A program made the position numbers and the translations under genes. Of a stretch of DNA of 64,000 nucleotides, positions 12,751 through 27,584 are shown one piece after another; positions within the stretch are counted from its first letter, which is position 1; every line of letters begins with the position of its first letter. The DNA is taken from contig OX597817.1 of the NCBI GenBank assembly GCA_951406725.2, positions 75,392,001 through 75,456,000 of the forward strand, in the 5' to 3' direction. The DNA is from Octopus vulgaris. Taxonomy: Eukaryota. A model generated the notes under the pieces. It was not told the origin of the DNA and did no database searches. It saw only the letters and a list, made by a program, of their open reading frames with translations.

Positions 12751-14144
12751 TTTATAGCATTATCTACTTGGAGTACCACCACAAAAAATAATTTACTTCA
12801 ATTCTCTCTAATTGGGCAATATCTAAACTTTCACTCGAAGATATGTCTATAAGGATACTGAATAGCTCAATCAATCTCAATTCCACTAATCTTTCCCGTA
12901 TCATCGGATAATGAGTTCCTTCCATCTGTACTAGTCACATTGCTATTCTTATCTTTACCATTCATCTCATCACTGTAGGTCCTTTAGAAGATTCCTTCTC
13001 CAGGCATGATGCAGTCTCCTTTTTCTTCTTAGCTTCTGATATCTCCTCAATTGTTTTGTGCGATATCCTTTTCTCAGTCAAACCTAGGACATGTCATGCA
13101 AATCACTCTCAGTTTATTTTCACAATATTTTGTAAATTTTCAATCTCAGCTATTTCCATAACCTCTTCATTTGTACAATGGCTTCACCAGGAAAATTCTC
13201 AGTATTCAACGTATGCAGCGCCTCAAAGACATCGAAATTGTTGAGGAAGCGAGCTGAAATTTTCCTCAGTTCACTGACATAGTACCGTAATGAGCATGTA
13301 GTGTTAGCGTAATTTCACCTCAACATCGATAAAAATTTTGGATTATATATGGCACAGTCGCTGGGAAACTTATATCCTTCCTAAGTTTCATCCCGACTTC
13401 AACTTAAGTGTAGAAATATTGCTTCGAAGATACAGATTCATATTTCTAGTCTTCGATAAGTGCTTATGATGATAAACTAGTGGATATATTCTTAATAATC
13501 TCAATGCTGATACGAAGACCAACTTTATCCACATTTGCATTTAAGGTAGCTGTTATTTCCTGTAAGGTCTCTTTATAATGACCAAGCAATGTAAAATATA
13601 TTATTAATAATATTCAAGTCTTATAATCTCTGTTCTATCTATTTTGTATTCTGGATTTCCCATAGTATTCTTCATAATGAAATCAACTTAACGGAAAAAG
13701 GAAAAAGGGAAAGAATATAGTTCTAACGAACACCTGTCACAACGTCAAACAGCTCTGTATTCCCATCTTGTATTCTTATGCAACAACTGATAAAAGGATT
13801 TTAAGCTATTGATAAACTTTTCTATGATGCCATAAACTTGTACAATCTTCCGCAATGGCCTCAGGTGAATCTTGTCAGAAGCTTCTTGAAATCAATGTGA
13901 TTGGTGTCTTGAGGTGTCAGGAATTTGCAATACTCCTCAATAATATAATAAAATAATTGTTCTGTATATGATCTATTGCTGTTGTATAAGATCTAAATTT
14001 GCCTGATGTTCACTAAGATTATGAGGTACTTCTTTTATGAGTCTGTCCAGGATACTACCATGCGAAAGAATAACATATTAATGATGATTAAATCAAGTTA
14101 TATTAGCAGCGAGAGAAGGAATAAATTAAACCAGCCTGGAATAT

Positions 14145-14606
14145 TGTCAGTGAACAAGTTGCGGTCTCAAAGCGACGAAAAGGATCCTTTCGGTTTGAAC
14201 GGCAGTTTTTAACATAATTTCTAGGTAACTAAAAAATTTTAAACTTCGTATACTGGTAAAATGTGTTTATAAAACTTTTTTTTCTCTTGGCTTTATTGAG
14301 AAAATTCTATAGTTTGTAAGATATTTGTTGTTTTTTTTCTGCAATTTCAACCAATCAGTGACGTCTATTGAGTTAAAAAGCATTCTGTGCCGTATGAATA
14401 TGTCCCTCGTTTAAGAAACAGATTGGGTTTATTTACATTTGTGAAGAAAAAAAGATACCTTTCCTCCACACCTAACCCTAACCCTAAAAGAGATTGAAAT
14501 GCAATAGATCGATTCTAGGGTCATAATTATGGGTGACAATTTCATATGACACCGCTAGAAAAAACTGCCCTTCAAACCGAAAAGATCCGACGAAAATATT
14601 TTGGCA
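14145..14606 (+). ncRNA. Hammerhead ribozyme with G3-C8 swapped core, split by a MITE
   Basis: Removing the MITE and one TSD gives TGTCA-GTGAACA-A-GTTGC-ggtctcaaa-GCGAC-GAAA-A-TA-TTT^TGGCA. Confidence 0.55.
14182..14588. mobile_element. MITE with ~29-bp TIRs and 8-bp TSD (possibly Merlin-like)
   Basis: GGATCCTTTCGGTTTGAACGGCAGTTTTT / AAAAACTGCCCTTCAAACCGAAAAGATCC. TSD GACGAAAA at 14174-14181 and 14589-14596. Internal CCTAACCCTAACCCTAA. Confidence 0.85.
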
Positions 14607-15318
14607 AATTAAATTTAAATGTCTAACGGTTTTTGTATGTTTCTTAAATGGCTTATAAACACCTTCCACGCTGCAATTCTTTTCGTTCCAGCACACGATC
14701 TCAGATGAGGTCACTTGCTATGCAAGTACATCTCCGTAATTAAAAAAATAGGAATAAATCATTTTCGATAAATAACATACAATGTTTGATACTATCAATT
14801 ACAAATAACAGATGCGGTTGTGTTATGTTGGTAGCAAGTACCATGCTTTCCCAATTCTCTTAGGTGCTTATGTTGTCTCAAGCAGACACAAACATCTTGC
14901 TGGCAATTCCTCCCCTTTGGTGCCGCGTTAGCTGGACAAAAAAAAGCATCTTCGTTACGATGTTTGCTTCGAGTTTCTTTTATATAACCAAACGATTCAT
15001 TCCTTTATCGCATTGCAACGTCGACAGAAATGGATTATCCACAACAAACCACGGTATTTTGTTCCATGGAAAGAATGAAGGAAAGCACCAAAAATACTTT
15101 CTCAAACTAAAGCAGAATCGAAAATAGATTCACGGTTATTGTTTGGAGATCGATAATTGAAAGCATCCATTACTATTTTTTGTTAATTGAAAGTATCACT
15201 ACTTAAATTATAATTGTCACTAAATGTGGAGAATTACATAATCCTCTAAAGATTTCTTTGATGAAAATACATATACTAATAGAGAAGCGAGTCCGGAAAG
15301 AGACGGAGTTCGAACCAG

Positions 15319-15370
15319 TCCTTACTGAAGAGGCAAACGGAAATTGTCGAAACTGATGTCAGTATAAGGA
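15319..15370 (+). ncRNA. Type I hammerhead ribozyme, canonical core
   Basis: TCCTTA-CTGAAGA-GGCAA-acggaaa-TTGTC-GAAA-CTGA-tg-TCAG-TA^TAAGGA. All three stems pair and the GUA site is at 15364. Confidence 0.85.
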
Positions 15371-15502
15371 ATTTTCGGGCGATTAAGGTCCCTGTTAATG
15401 TATATGTTTACATTTATGTGCGTTGACAGCAGCATTAGAGCATTTTAGCTCTTATTTCTAGCAATGTTGGTGCTTTCTAATCCCATAGTCACATTTAGTG
15501 AT

Positions 15503-15586
<84 letters not shown>

Positions 15587-15599
15587 TATATACATATAT

Positions 15600-15701
<102 letters not shown>

Positions 15702-16086
15702 TTGTGCTTCGGTACGTGTGTAAGAAAATTGTATTAATGAATGTGTAAACCATGTAAACAGAAAATATACAAATAAAGATCTAATCTTGCTGTTGCAGTT
15801 TTGTAGACAAGGAAAATCTGTTAATTTTCTTATTTTTGGTACAGCTAATCATGTTCAAGATAAGCGTGCGTATGCAAAGGTACTCGCACACACACACACA
15901 CACATACGCGCGCACACACACACACATGCATATAGATGCAAACATGTTCACACGCGTATAGATACATGGCTACCAGGCATATACATTCAAGCATACATAC
16001 ATACACATACATCTACAAATATATATATATACATACATACATATACAATTACAAATACATATACATACAATACATATGCAATACAT

Positions 16087-16144
<58 letters not shown>

Positions 16145-16376
16145 GCACTATACTTGTTGAAGTCTCTCATTTACGCTTTTTATAAAATGTGCTCCACTCC
16201 ACTGTAGTATATGAATTTCTCGTTTAATCGCTCACCTATTTGTGTTTATAAAATATATATTAGCAACAGAGACAGTATTAATACCGAGAGATAATACTTA
16301 TCCATACTTAAATATGAATGTTTAGTTCGAATAAATTATACTGCGATAGTTACTTTAAGAGAAACTCTCATATTGG

Positions 16377-16610
16377 GACGGCGGCGTGCTGGCAGAAACG
16401 TTAGCTTGCCGGGCGAAATGCTTTGTGGTATTTCGTCCGCCCCTGCGTTCTGAGTTCAAATTCCGCCGAGGTCGACTTTGCCTTTCATCCTTTCGGGGTC
16501 GATAAATTAAGTACCAGTTACGCACTGGGGTCGATATAATCGACTTAATCCGTTTGTCTGTCCTTGTTTGTCCCTTCTGTTTGTAGCCCTTTGTGGGCAG
16601 TAAAGAAATA
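16377..16610 (+). mobile_element. SINE family B, full length, 17-bp TSD
   Basis: TSD AGAAACTCTCATATTGG at 16360-16376 and 16611-16627. tRNA-like head GGCGGCGTGCTGGCAGAAACGTTAG...GAGTTCAAATTCC. Confidence 0.9.
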
Positions 16611-16672
16611 AGAAACTCTCATATTGGCTTTTGGTGCAAAATGCATTCTTGTTTATATCGCTAGCGCCGAGA

Positions 16673-16719
16673 CCACTAGATCACCTGATTTCGACCTTCC
16701 TTGGTCTTGTCAATGATGG
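16673..16719 (-). ncRNA. Type I hammerhead ribozyme, U3-A8 core variant
   Basis: CCATCA-TTGACAA-GACC-aaggaa-GGTC-GAAA-TCA-gg-TGA-TC^TAGTGG. Stem I has one mismatch. Confidence 0.65.
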
Positions 16720-16886
16720 ACATTCGACCGCTAGAGACAGCAGCGATTCGCCTCCCTGCCAGTAATATATAGATTGATAGTGACATAACAGGCGTTGATG
16801 TCATGATGGGCCAGTAAGCTTGTTAAAAAATATATACATTAGCGATAGAGACAATATTAATATCAGTGTTTATACGAGTCAATACA

Positions 16887-16920
<34 letters not shown>

Positions 16921-16974
16921 CATACATACATACATACATACATACATACATACATACATACATACATACATACA

Positions 16975-17005
<31 letters not shown>

Positions 17006-17172
17006 GCACGTACGTGCATACACATACAGACACCGATATCTCAAAAGTAAATATTTAGGTTAATTTGAATATATTTAAAGGAAATTTCCCTGCAGTCTGC
17101 TGTGGAGAAAAAAATCTCGCTTATAGCAAAGGGTGTAAGTATACAATTGACAGCTCAGTGGTGCCCACTCTT

Positions 17173-17373
17173 TGCTCCCTAGATGCATTTCTGCTTCTTA
17201 TACTTTTCTCAGTAGCAGATACCAAAGAGAGGTAACCCGGAGCTGATAGAAAGCCAGACAATACTAGTGATTAGTTGATTGTAAATCTACAGCTTTCTGT
17301 TAGCTCAGGGTTACCTCTCTTTGGTATCTGCTACAGAAGAAGGTATAACAAGCAGAAATGCATCTACGGGGCA
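17173..17373. mobile_element. Foldback/MITE-like element with ~80-bp inverted arms
   Basis: tagatgcatttctgctt...gtagcagataccaaagagaggtaaccc versus gggttacctctctttggtatctgctac...aagcagaaatgcatcta. Confidence 0.75.
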
Positions 17374-18545
17374 TCTAAGCGTCTTAATATGTTTTCAGCG
17401 GTGTAGGATTTACAATGTAATTATTCTTTTTCATTCCAGGTGCCATTATATTAAACATCTGCGAAGAGTAACCATGCCACGCACAAAAAATTCAGCAGAA
17501 CTGTCAGATTTTCAAAGAGGTCGTATTGTTTGACAATCTGAGGCTGGTCTTAGCCAGCGAAAAATTGCCGAAAATCTTCAAATTCCTCTTGCAACCGTTA
17601 GTACAATTATAGTGCAATTCAAAAGCCAAGGAAAAGAATCAACAGATTCTCGTCCAGGCCGAACTGCGCCGTCGGAAAGGAAGCTTCGCTGTTTGAAGAG
17701 AATTGTGGAAAACGAACCCTGTTCGAAGGCTTCTGACATTGCAAAACGACTAGAAGTTAGTCCAAGAACGTGTGTTACATATCTGCATAAGCTTGGGTAT
17801 TATGGACGGGCAGCTAGAAGAAAACTTCTCCTTCAACCAATTAATATCATGAAAAGCAAGAAATGGGCTAAGGGATGTTAGAAAAATCCACTTCATTTTG
17901 GGATAGAGTGATTTTCTCAGATGAATCCAGATTTGCATTATTTTCAGACAGTGGACGTGTTTGGGTCTGGAGGCTTCCAAATCAAGAATTTGATTTGAAA
18001 CGACGCCAGCCAACTGTGAAATATGGCGGAATCTCTGTAATGGTTAGGGGAGCTGTCACCAGCAATGTGTTGGAATTATAAACTCTGAAAAATACATCGA
18101 AATATTTAAGCAAGGGCTACTTCCGATGTATTCACACGATAACATAATGAAAAATGAGATCTTATTCGCGGAAGATGGGGCTACATGCCACACAGTGAAA
18201 AGGAATCAACAATGACTGACTCAGAATGGAATCAAAAAGCTGCCTTGGCCGAGCCAATCTCCTGACATGGACCCGATTGAAAATCTTTGGAGACAGAAAT
18301 CTAAAACTAAAGATGAATTGTTTCGATTGTTGCGTGAAAAGTGGGAAGAAATTCCACAAGAAACAATCACAAAGCACATCAGTTCAATGCCAAAAAGAGT
18401 TTCTGAATTAAAAACTGCAACGGGAATGTCAACTAAATATTAAAGTATGTAGTCCTACCTATCAATTACGTTTCAATTGTTCGCTTTGCGTATTAAATAA
18501 AAGATTTGAAAATCAAAGGTGTCTACATACTTCCTGCATGTCTGT

Positions 18546-18548
<3 letters not shown>
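17374..18548 (+). mobile_element. Tc1/mariner (DD34E) transposon; transposase pseudogene 17474-18443
   Basis: MPRTKNSAELSDFQRGRIV then a stop, FSDESRF, EDGATCH and SPDMDPIENL. Right TIR at ~18505-18546. Left TIR absent. Confidence 0.9.
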
Positions 18549-18613
<65 letters not shown>

Positions 18614-18835
18614 ACACACAGACACACACACAGACACACACACACACATAATTAATAATATCAGGATAATAAAGATTTTAGAAATTTTTACTACCAGTGC
18701 CCAAGCGTATAGAAAAATTAGTCAATAGACTATACATTATTCATATAAAATGCAGAGTACATTGAAACACATTAAGAGGTATCCATTATAGGAATAGGAG
18801 TCCTATGAGATAACTTAATGTGTTTAAACACATTG

Positions 18836-18874
<39 letters not shown>

Positions 18875-18953
18875 TTTATATATATATACACATTTATACG
18901 TCTATATATGTAAATATATATTTACGTACATATATATATATATATATTTATAA

Positions 18954-18996
<43 letters not shown>

Positions 18997-19140
18997 TATA
19001 TAAATATATATATACACAAATATATATGTTCATATATATATACATACTTCAATATATATATATATATATATAGATATGTAGGTACTTATATATATACACA
19101 CAGATATATATATATGTACATTTATATATACATATATCTA

Positions 19141-19777
<637 letters not shown>

Positions 19778-19780
19778 ATA

Positions 19781-19854
<74 letters not shown>

Positions 19855-20196
19855 TATATATATATGTACATAATTTAAATAGTAAGGGTGATAAATTGAA
19901 TATCAATTTCATTAATATCAATTTAAAACCAGTAGCCTAGCATATAGAAAAATCTGAAAATTCAGAAAAAATTGTTATACATGCGTATAACCGGGATAAC
20001 CACTAAGTGCACATACTATATGCTAGAAGACGAATGTTCTCTAGAGAAATTCATATATATATATATATATATATACATACGTACATACATATATATGTAT
20101 ATATATATGTTTTTATATGTATATATATGTATATGTATATATATATACATATATATGTCTTAATGTATATATATATATATACATATATATGTCTTA

Positions 20197-20235
<39 letters not shown>

Positions 20236-20242
20236 TATGTAA

Positions 20243-20322
<80 letters not shown>

Positions 20323-20540
20323 AAAAGGAAAAATGAATTGTATACACCATGCACTCAAACAAGAGATCAATTAAAGGAAAATTAATCAACACCTTCGAGT
20401 TGAATAAGTTTTATTGAAAGCAGTATCACCTGACAAAGTGGAAACATGAAAATTGAACATTTTTTAGATACATACACACAAACACACATATACATACATA
20501 TGAATAAAATAGACGTGCACGTGCGCATATATACATTTGT

Positions 20541-20613
<73 letters not shown>

Positions 20614-20882
20614 TATATGCACATATGTATGTGTATAAATATACATATACATATATATATATATATTATAGTTTACTTGTTTCCTCTATTGGATTGCGGT
20701 TGTGCTGGGATTCCGCCTTTCTGACTTTAGTTCAACAAATCCAGCTCAGTACTTATTTTTGTAACCTTGGTACTTATATCGGTTTATTTTTTTGCCGATC
20801 TGCTAAGCTTATAACGTACTGGGACTTGTGATGTACTAGAACCAAAGATTTACTATTTGTGTACATACACACTTGCACACAC

Positions 20883-20952
<70 letters not shown>

Positions 20953-21011
20953 ATATATACACAAATACATACATCATGTATATATGTATATACATACATA
21001 CACACATACAC

Positions 21012-21062
<51 letters not shown>

Positions 21063-21154
21063 CTTATATAAATTTATATAAATTTATATTTATATAAATT
21101 ATATAAATATATATATAATTTATATATATTTATATAAATGCATGCATACATATG

Positions 21155-21227
<73 letters not shown>

Positions 21228-21431
21228 CATGTATATATATACATACATATATATATGTCACATGCATGAGTGTATGTGTATGAGTGTATGGGTTTTTGTG
21301 TGTATGTGTGCGAAAATCTTGTTCAGTTTTGACATTTCCACTTCGCCAGGTGATATGACTTTCAGTAAAACTTATTCTCCTCTAGGGTGTTCATAAATGT
21401 TTCCCTTAATCGATCGCAAACACACACGCAT

Positions 21432-21505
<74 letters not shown>

Positions 21506-22521
21506 AAATGTCGAACGACGAGAATGGGTGCTCAACACGGCATTGATGGATGAAATTTCTTTGCTTGTGCATTAAAGCTACTGTTGGTTTCATGTTCAGG
21601 AAAAATAGATTAATATCTTAAGAATTGTTTAAGTCGATCGCAATGGAGACAGACACCATTCCTCCATGTGATCGGTTTATCAAACTGTTAAGATATTAAG
21701 ACATTTTTAGTTGAACAAATCCAGCTCAGTATCGGTTTATTTTGCCGATCTGCTAAGGTTATAACGTACAGGGACTTATGATGTCAATGGAAATGACAAT
21801 AACAATGAGTGCAAAAGGAAAGTTGGACAATAAGAAGGGAGTGCAGTCGAAAAACAAACTATATTCATTATACTGCATTTAGTAACAGAATACGTAATTT
21901 GAAATCCAGAGACTGGTTAGTTCCATCGTGCAAGCAAAGCAATCTTTGGTTCTAGTACAACTAGTTTAGCAAATCTGATATATGAAAGAGAATACAGAGC
22001 TTGAAGAGGTAAAACATCTGACAATAACCAATGGAAAAATCATTTTGAAACATTACTTGATCCTGGACAGTATCGTACAAAACACCAATGATGAACTTAG
22101 CTATATCACCTGACGTTGCAGAAAAGCAAAGCAAGCAAATTGTTCCATATAAAGAAGTCACAGGGTTCTGACAGAATCCTGGTTGTGGTATATAAGCTTG
22201 AGAATAAAATATTACAAAGTTTCAGACACTGTTTTTGCTAATCTGGATCTGAGAAGAGATATTCAGACCTCAGAGATGAAACCATTGTTACTATCTTCAT
22301 AGGACAGTGTGCTGTCAGAATCGTTTGCATGCCGGACAAATTACTTAACAATATTTCTTCTGGCTTTATGTTCTGAGTTCAAATGCCACTGAGGTCGATT
22401 TCCTTTTCATTGTTTTTGGAATCAATAAAATAAGTACTAGTTGAGCACTGGGTCGTTGTAATAGATTTACCTCTCCCTCAAAATCTCAGGCCTTTTGCCA
22501 AGAATTAGTAAGAATTATTAC

Positions 22522-23230
22522 TATTGGATTGTGGCAACTACAGGCGAATATCACATTTGTCTATAGACGAATATCACATTTGTTGGAGCTGCTCAAACAA
22601 CTCATGTTACAGTCGGGGACTCACCTCCGAATCTCAGTCTGGTTTTTGATCCACAAGAAGAACTTTTGTTAGGTTATGTTCTCTCTAGGTGCAGGAGAAA
22701 TGCTGACAATAACGTCTTCCGTTGCATTCATCAATACATTTGATTCAAATAAATTGTAAGGCTCTGTGAGAAGTGCTAGACAAACTTGGCTGACCACAAA
22801 AACTTCAAGCAACTACGCGGTGTCTGCATGACAACATGAACACTGAAGTGCAGTGCTAGTTTTCCGTAACAGGTAATTTTGAAGTGAGAACTGGTGTAAA
22901 GCAGGATGAACAATCAAGTTCAGTATGAACATACTCCCATCTGCAAAACCTCATACCACACGTGGCGCGTTGCTTTAAATCTGGTAGACCCTCAAACATA
23001 GCAGAAGTAAGACGACAACTACATCGGTAATTGAACTTCGTGTAAATTATCCAGTTATTGCGACTTCAGCAGACAATTTGCTGATGATAACCAAAATTTC
23101 CTTGACATATATGAGAGCAGAGGTTTAAGTTTCAACATAAAACAAGGGTCTTGCACCAACAAACATCTAAAAAGCAGAAACCTGGTCCAACCTTTCGGGT
23201 GTGGATAGCAATCTCTATTCAAATTAAAAC
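22522..23230 (+). mobile_element. RTE LINE RT remnant (duplicate at ~32955-33660)
   Basis: DCGNYRRISHLSI followed by degenerate PESQSGF-like sequence. Confidence 0.6.
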
Positions 23231-23564
23231 CAAACCAAGTTCTAGCTGAAATGGTTAAGCTAATCTAAATATGGCATATTAGTGGCGTGATTATGTAATT
23301 AATGAATATTTCATGCACAAAAAGTGTGTATTAGATTATCTAAGATAAATATACTCAATTTTACCTATAGTTTGTAAACCTTGAATGTCGAAGGTAAACA
23401 AATTTAAATACATCATGGAGTTCTCTTCGCATGCAGGAAAAAATAAGGGAATATTCTGATATATTTCAAAGCTGATTGACCACTTTTCAGAGCTTGATTA
23501 CTGCTTACCGATCTGCTCACAGAAATAACTTGATAGCTATCGTTGTTTAAATCAGACACAAGCA

Positions 23565-23664
23565 NNNNNNNNNNNNNNNNNNNNNNNNNNNNNNNNNNNN
23601 NNNNNNNNNNNNNNNNNNNNNNNNNNNNNNNNNNNNNNNNNNNNNNNNNNNNNNNNNNNNNNNN
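23565..23664. other. Assembly gap (100 N)
   Basis: Run of exactly 100 N. Confidence 1.
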
Positions 23665-24433
23665 GAAATATTGCTTCGAAGATACAGATTCATATTTCTA
23701 GTCTTCGATAAGTGCTTATGATGATAAACTAGTGGATATATTCTTAATAATCTCAATGCTGATACGAAGACCAACTTTATCCACATTTGCATTTAAGGTA
23801 GCTGTTATTTCCTGTAAGGTCTCTTTATAATGACCAAGCAATGTAAAATATATTATTAATAATATTCAAGTCTTATAATCTCTGTTCTATCTATTTTGTA
23901 TTCTGGATTTCCCATAGTATTCTTCATAATGAAATCAACTTAACGGAAAAAGGAAAAAGGGAAAGAATATAGTTCTAACGAACACCTGTCACAACGTCAA
24001 ACAGCTCTGTATTCCCATCTTGTATTCTTATGCAACAACTGATAAAAGGATTTTAAGCTATTGATAAACTTTTCTATGATGCCATAAACTTGTACAATCT
24101 TCCGCAATGGCCTCAGGTGAATCTTGTCAGAAGCTTCTTGAAATCAATGTGATTGGTGTCTTGAGGTGTCAGGAATTTGCAATACTCCTCAATAATATAA
24201 TAAAATAATTGTTCTGTATATGATCTATTGCTGTTGTATAAGATCTAAATTTGCCTGATGTTCACTAAGATTATGAGGTACTTCTTTTATGAGTCTGTCC
24301 AGGATACTACCATGCGAAAGAATAACATATTAATGATGATTAAATCAAGTTATATTAGCAGCGAGAGAAGGAATAAATTAAACCAGCCTGGAATATTGTC
24401 AGTGAACAAGTTGCGGTCTCAAAGCGACGAAAA

Positions 24434-24838
24434 GGATCCTTTCGGTTTGAACGGCAGTTTTTAACATAATTTCTAGGTAACTAAAAATTTTAAACTTCGT
24501 ATACTGGTAAAATGTGTTTATAAAACTTTTTTTCTCTTGGCTTTATTGAGAAAATTCTATAGTTTGTAAGATATTTGTTGTTTTTTTTCTGCAATTTCAA
24601 CCAATCAGTGACGTCTATTGAGTTAAAAAGCATTCTGTGCCGTATGAATATGTCCCTCGTTTAAGAAACAGATTGGGTTTATTTACATTTGTGAAGAAAA
24701 AAAGATACCTTTCCTCCACACCTAACCCTAACCCTAAAAGAGATTGAAATGCAATAGATCGATTCTAGGGTCATAATTATGGGTGACAATTTCATATGAC
24801 ACCGCTAGAAAAAACTGCCCTTCAAACCGAAAAGATCC
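24434..24838. mobile_element. MITE with GACGAAAA TSD (duplicate of 14182-14588)
   Basis: Same TIRs and TSD. Confidence 0.85.
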
Positions 24839-25568
24839 GACGAAAATATTTTGGCAAATTAAATTTAAATGTCTAACGGTTTTTGTATGTTTCTTAAATG
24901 GCTTATAAACACCTTCCACGCTGCAATTCTTTTCGTTCCAGCACACGATCTCAGATGAGGTCACTTGCTATGCAAGTACATCTCCGTAATTAAAAAAATA
25001 GGAATAAATCATTTTCGATAAATAACATACAATGTTTGATACTATCAATTACAAATAACAGATGCGGTTGTGTTATGTTGGTAGCAAGTACCATGCTTTC
25101 CCAATTCTCTTAGGTGCTTATGTTGTCTCAAGCAGACACAAACATCTTGCTGGCAATTCCTCCCCTTTGGTGCCGCGTTAGCTGGACAAAAAAAGCATCT
25201 TCGTTACGATGTTTGCTTCGAGTTTCTTTTATATAACCAAACGATTCATTCCTTTATCGCATTGCAACGTCGACAGAAATGGATTATCCACAACAAACCA
25301 CGGTATTTTGTTCCATGGAAAGAATGAAGGAAAGCACCAAAAATACTTTCTCAAACTAAAGCAGAATCGAAAATAGATTCACGGTTATTGTTTGGAGATC
25401 GATAATTGAAAGCATCCATTACTATTTTTTTGTTAATTGAAAGTATCACTACTTAAATTATAATTGTCACTAAATGTGGAGAATTACATAATCCTCTAAA
25501 GATTTCTTTGATGAAAATACATATACTAATAGAGAAGCGAGTCCGGAAAGAGACGGAGTTCGAACCAG

Positions 25569-25620
25569 TCCTTACTGAAGAGGCAAACGGAAATTGTCGA
25601 AACTGATGTCAGTATAAGGA
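25569..25620 (+). ncRNA. Type I hammerhead ribozyme (duplicate of 15319-15370)
   Basis: Identical motif. Confidence 0.85.
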
Positions 25621-25752
25621 ATTTTCGGGCGATTAAGGTCCCTGTTAATGTATATGTTTACATTTATGTGCGTTGACAGCAGCATTAGAGCATTTTAGCT
25701 CTTATTTCTAGCAATGTTGGTGCTTTCTAATCCCATAGTCACATTTAGTGAT

Positions 25753-25829
<77 letters not shown>

Positions 25830-25846
25830 TATTTATATACATATAT

Positions 25847-25952
<106 letters not shown>

Positions 25953-26337
25953 TTGTGCTTCGGTACGTGTGTAAGAAAATTGTATTAATGAATGTGTAAA
26001 CCATGTAAACAGAAAATATACAAATAAAGATCTAATCTTGCTGTTGCAGTTTTGTAGACAAGGAAAATCTGTTAATTTTCTTATTTTTGGTACAGCTAAT
26101 CATGTTCAAGATAAGCGTGCGTATGCAAAGGTACTCGCACACACACACACACACATACGCGCGCACACACACACACATGCATATAGATGCAAACATGTTC
26201 ACACGCGTATAGATACATGGCTACCAGGCATATACATTCAAGCATACATACATACACATACATCTACAAATATATATATATACATACATACATATACAAT
26301 TACAAATACATATACATACAATACATATGCAATACAT

Positions 26338-26397
<60 letters not shown>

Positions 26398-26629
26398 GCA
26401 CTATACTTGTTGAAGTCTCTCATTTACGCTTTTTATAAAATGTGCTCCACTCCACTGTAGTATATGAATTTCTCGTTTAATCGCTCACCTATTTGTGTTT
26501 ATAAAATATATATTAGCAACAGAGACAGTATTAATACCGAGAGATAATACTTATCCATACTTAAATATGAATGTTTAGTTCGAATAAATTATACTGCGAT
26601 AGTTACTTTAAGAGAAACTCTCATATTGG

Positions 26630-26863
26630 GACGGCGGCGTGCTGGCAGAAACGTTAGCTTGCCGGGCGAAATGCTTTGTGGTATTTCGTCCGCCCCTGCG
26701 TTCTGAGTTCAAATTCCGCCGAGGTCGACTTTGCCTTTCATCCTTTCGGGGTCGATAAATTAAGTACCAGTTACGCACTGGGGTCGATATAATCGACTTA
26801 ATCCGTTTGTCTGTCCTTGTTTGTCCCTTCTGTTTGTAGCCCTTTGTGGGTAGTAAAGAAATA
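26630..26863 (+). mobile_element. SINE family B (duplicate of 16377-16610)
   Basis: Same sequence and TSD. Confidence 0.9.
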
Positions 26864-26925
26864 AGAAACTCTCATATTGGCTTTTGGTGCAAAATGCATT
26901 CTTGTTTATATCGCTAGCGCCGAGA

Positions 26926-26972
26926 CCACTAGATCACCTGATTTCGACCTTCCTTGGTCTTGTCAATGATGG
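26926..26972 (-). ncRNA. U3-A8 hammerhead ribozyme (duplicate of 16673-16719)
   Basis: Identical motif. Confidence 0.65.
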
Positions 26973-27183
26973 ACATTCGACCGCTAGAGACAGCAGCGAT
27001 TCGCCTCCCTGCCAGTAATATATAGATTGATAGTGACATAACAGGCGTTGATGTCATGATGGGCCAGTAAGCTTGTTAAAAAATATATACATTAGCGATA
27101 GAGACAATATTAATATCAGTGTTTATACGAGTCAATACATACATACATACATACATACATACATACATACATACATACATACA

Positions 27184-27216
<33 letters not shown>

Positions 27217-27383
27217 GCACGTACGTGCATACACATACAGACACCGATATCTCAAAAGTAAATATTTAGGTTAATTTGAATATATTTAAAGGAAATTTCC
27301 CTGCAGTCTGCCGTGGAGAAAAAAATCTCGCTTATAGCAAAGGGTGTAAGTATACAATTGACAGCTCAGTGGTGCCCACTCTT

Positions 27384-27584
27384 TGCTCCCTAGATGCATT
27401 TCTGCTTCTTATACTTTTCTCAGTAGCAGATACCAAAGAGAGGTAACCCGGAGCTGATAGAAAGCCAGACAATACTAGTGATTAGTTGATTGTAAATCTA
27501 CAGCTTTCTGTTAGCTCAGGGTTACCTCTCTTTGGTATCTGCTACAGAAGAAGGTATAACAAGCAGAAATGCATCTACGGGGCA
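27384..27584. mobile_element. Foldback/MITE-like element (duplicate of 17173-17373)
   Basis: Same inverted arms. Confidence 0.75.

Noticed and set aside
13283-13412. Possible DNA transposon end with small hairpin
   Set aside because: No partner TIR or TSD found.
14471-14487. CCCTAA repeats as an interstitial telomere
   Set aside because: Fewer than three units, and internal to a TIR element.
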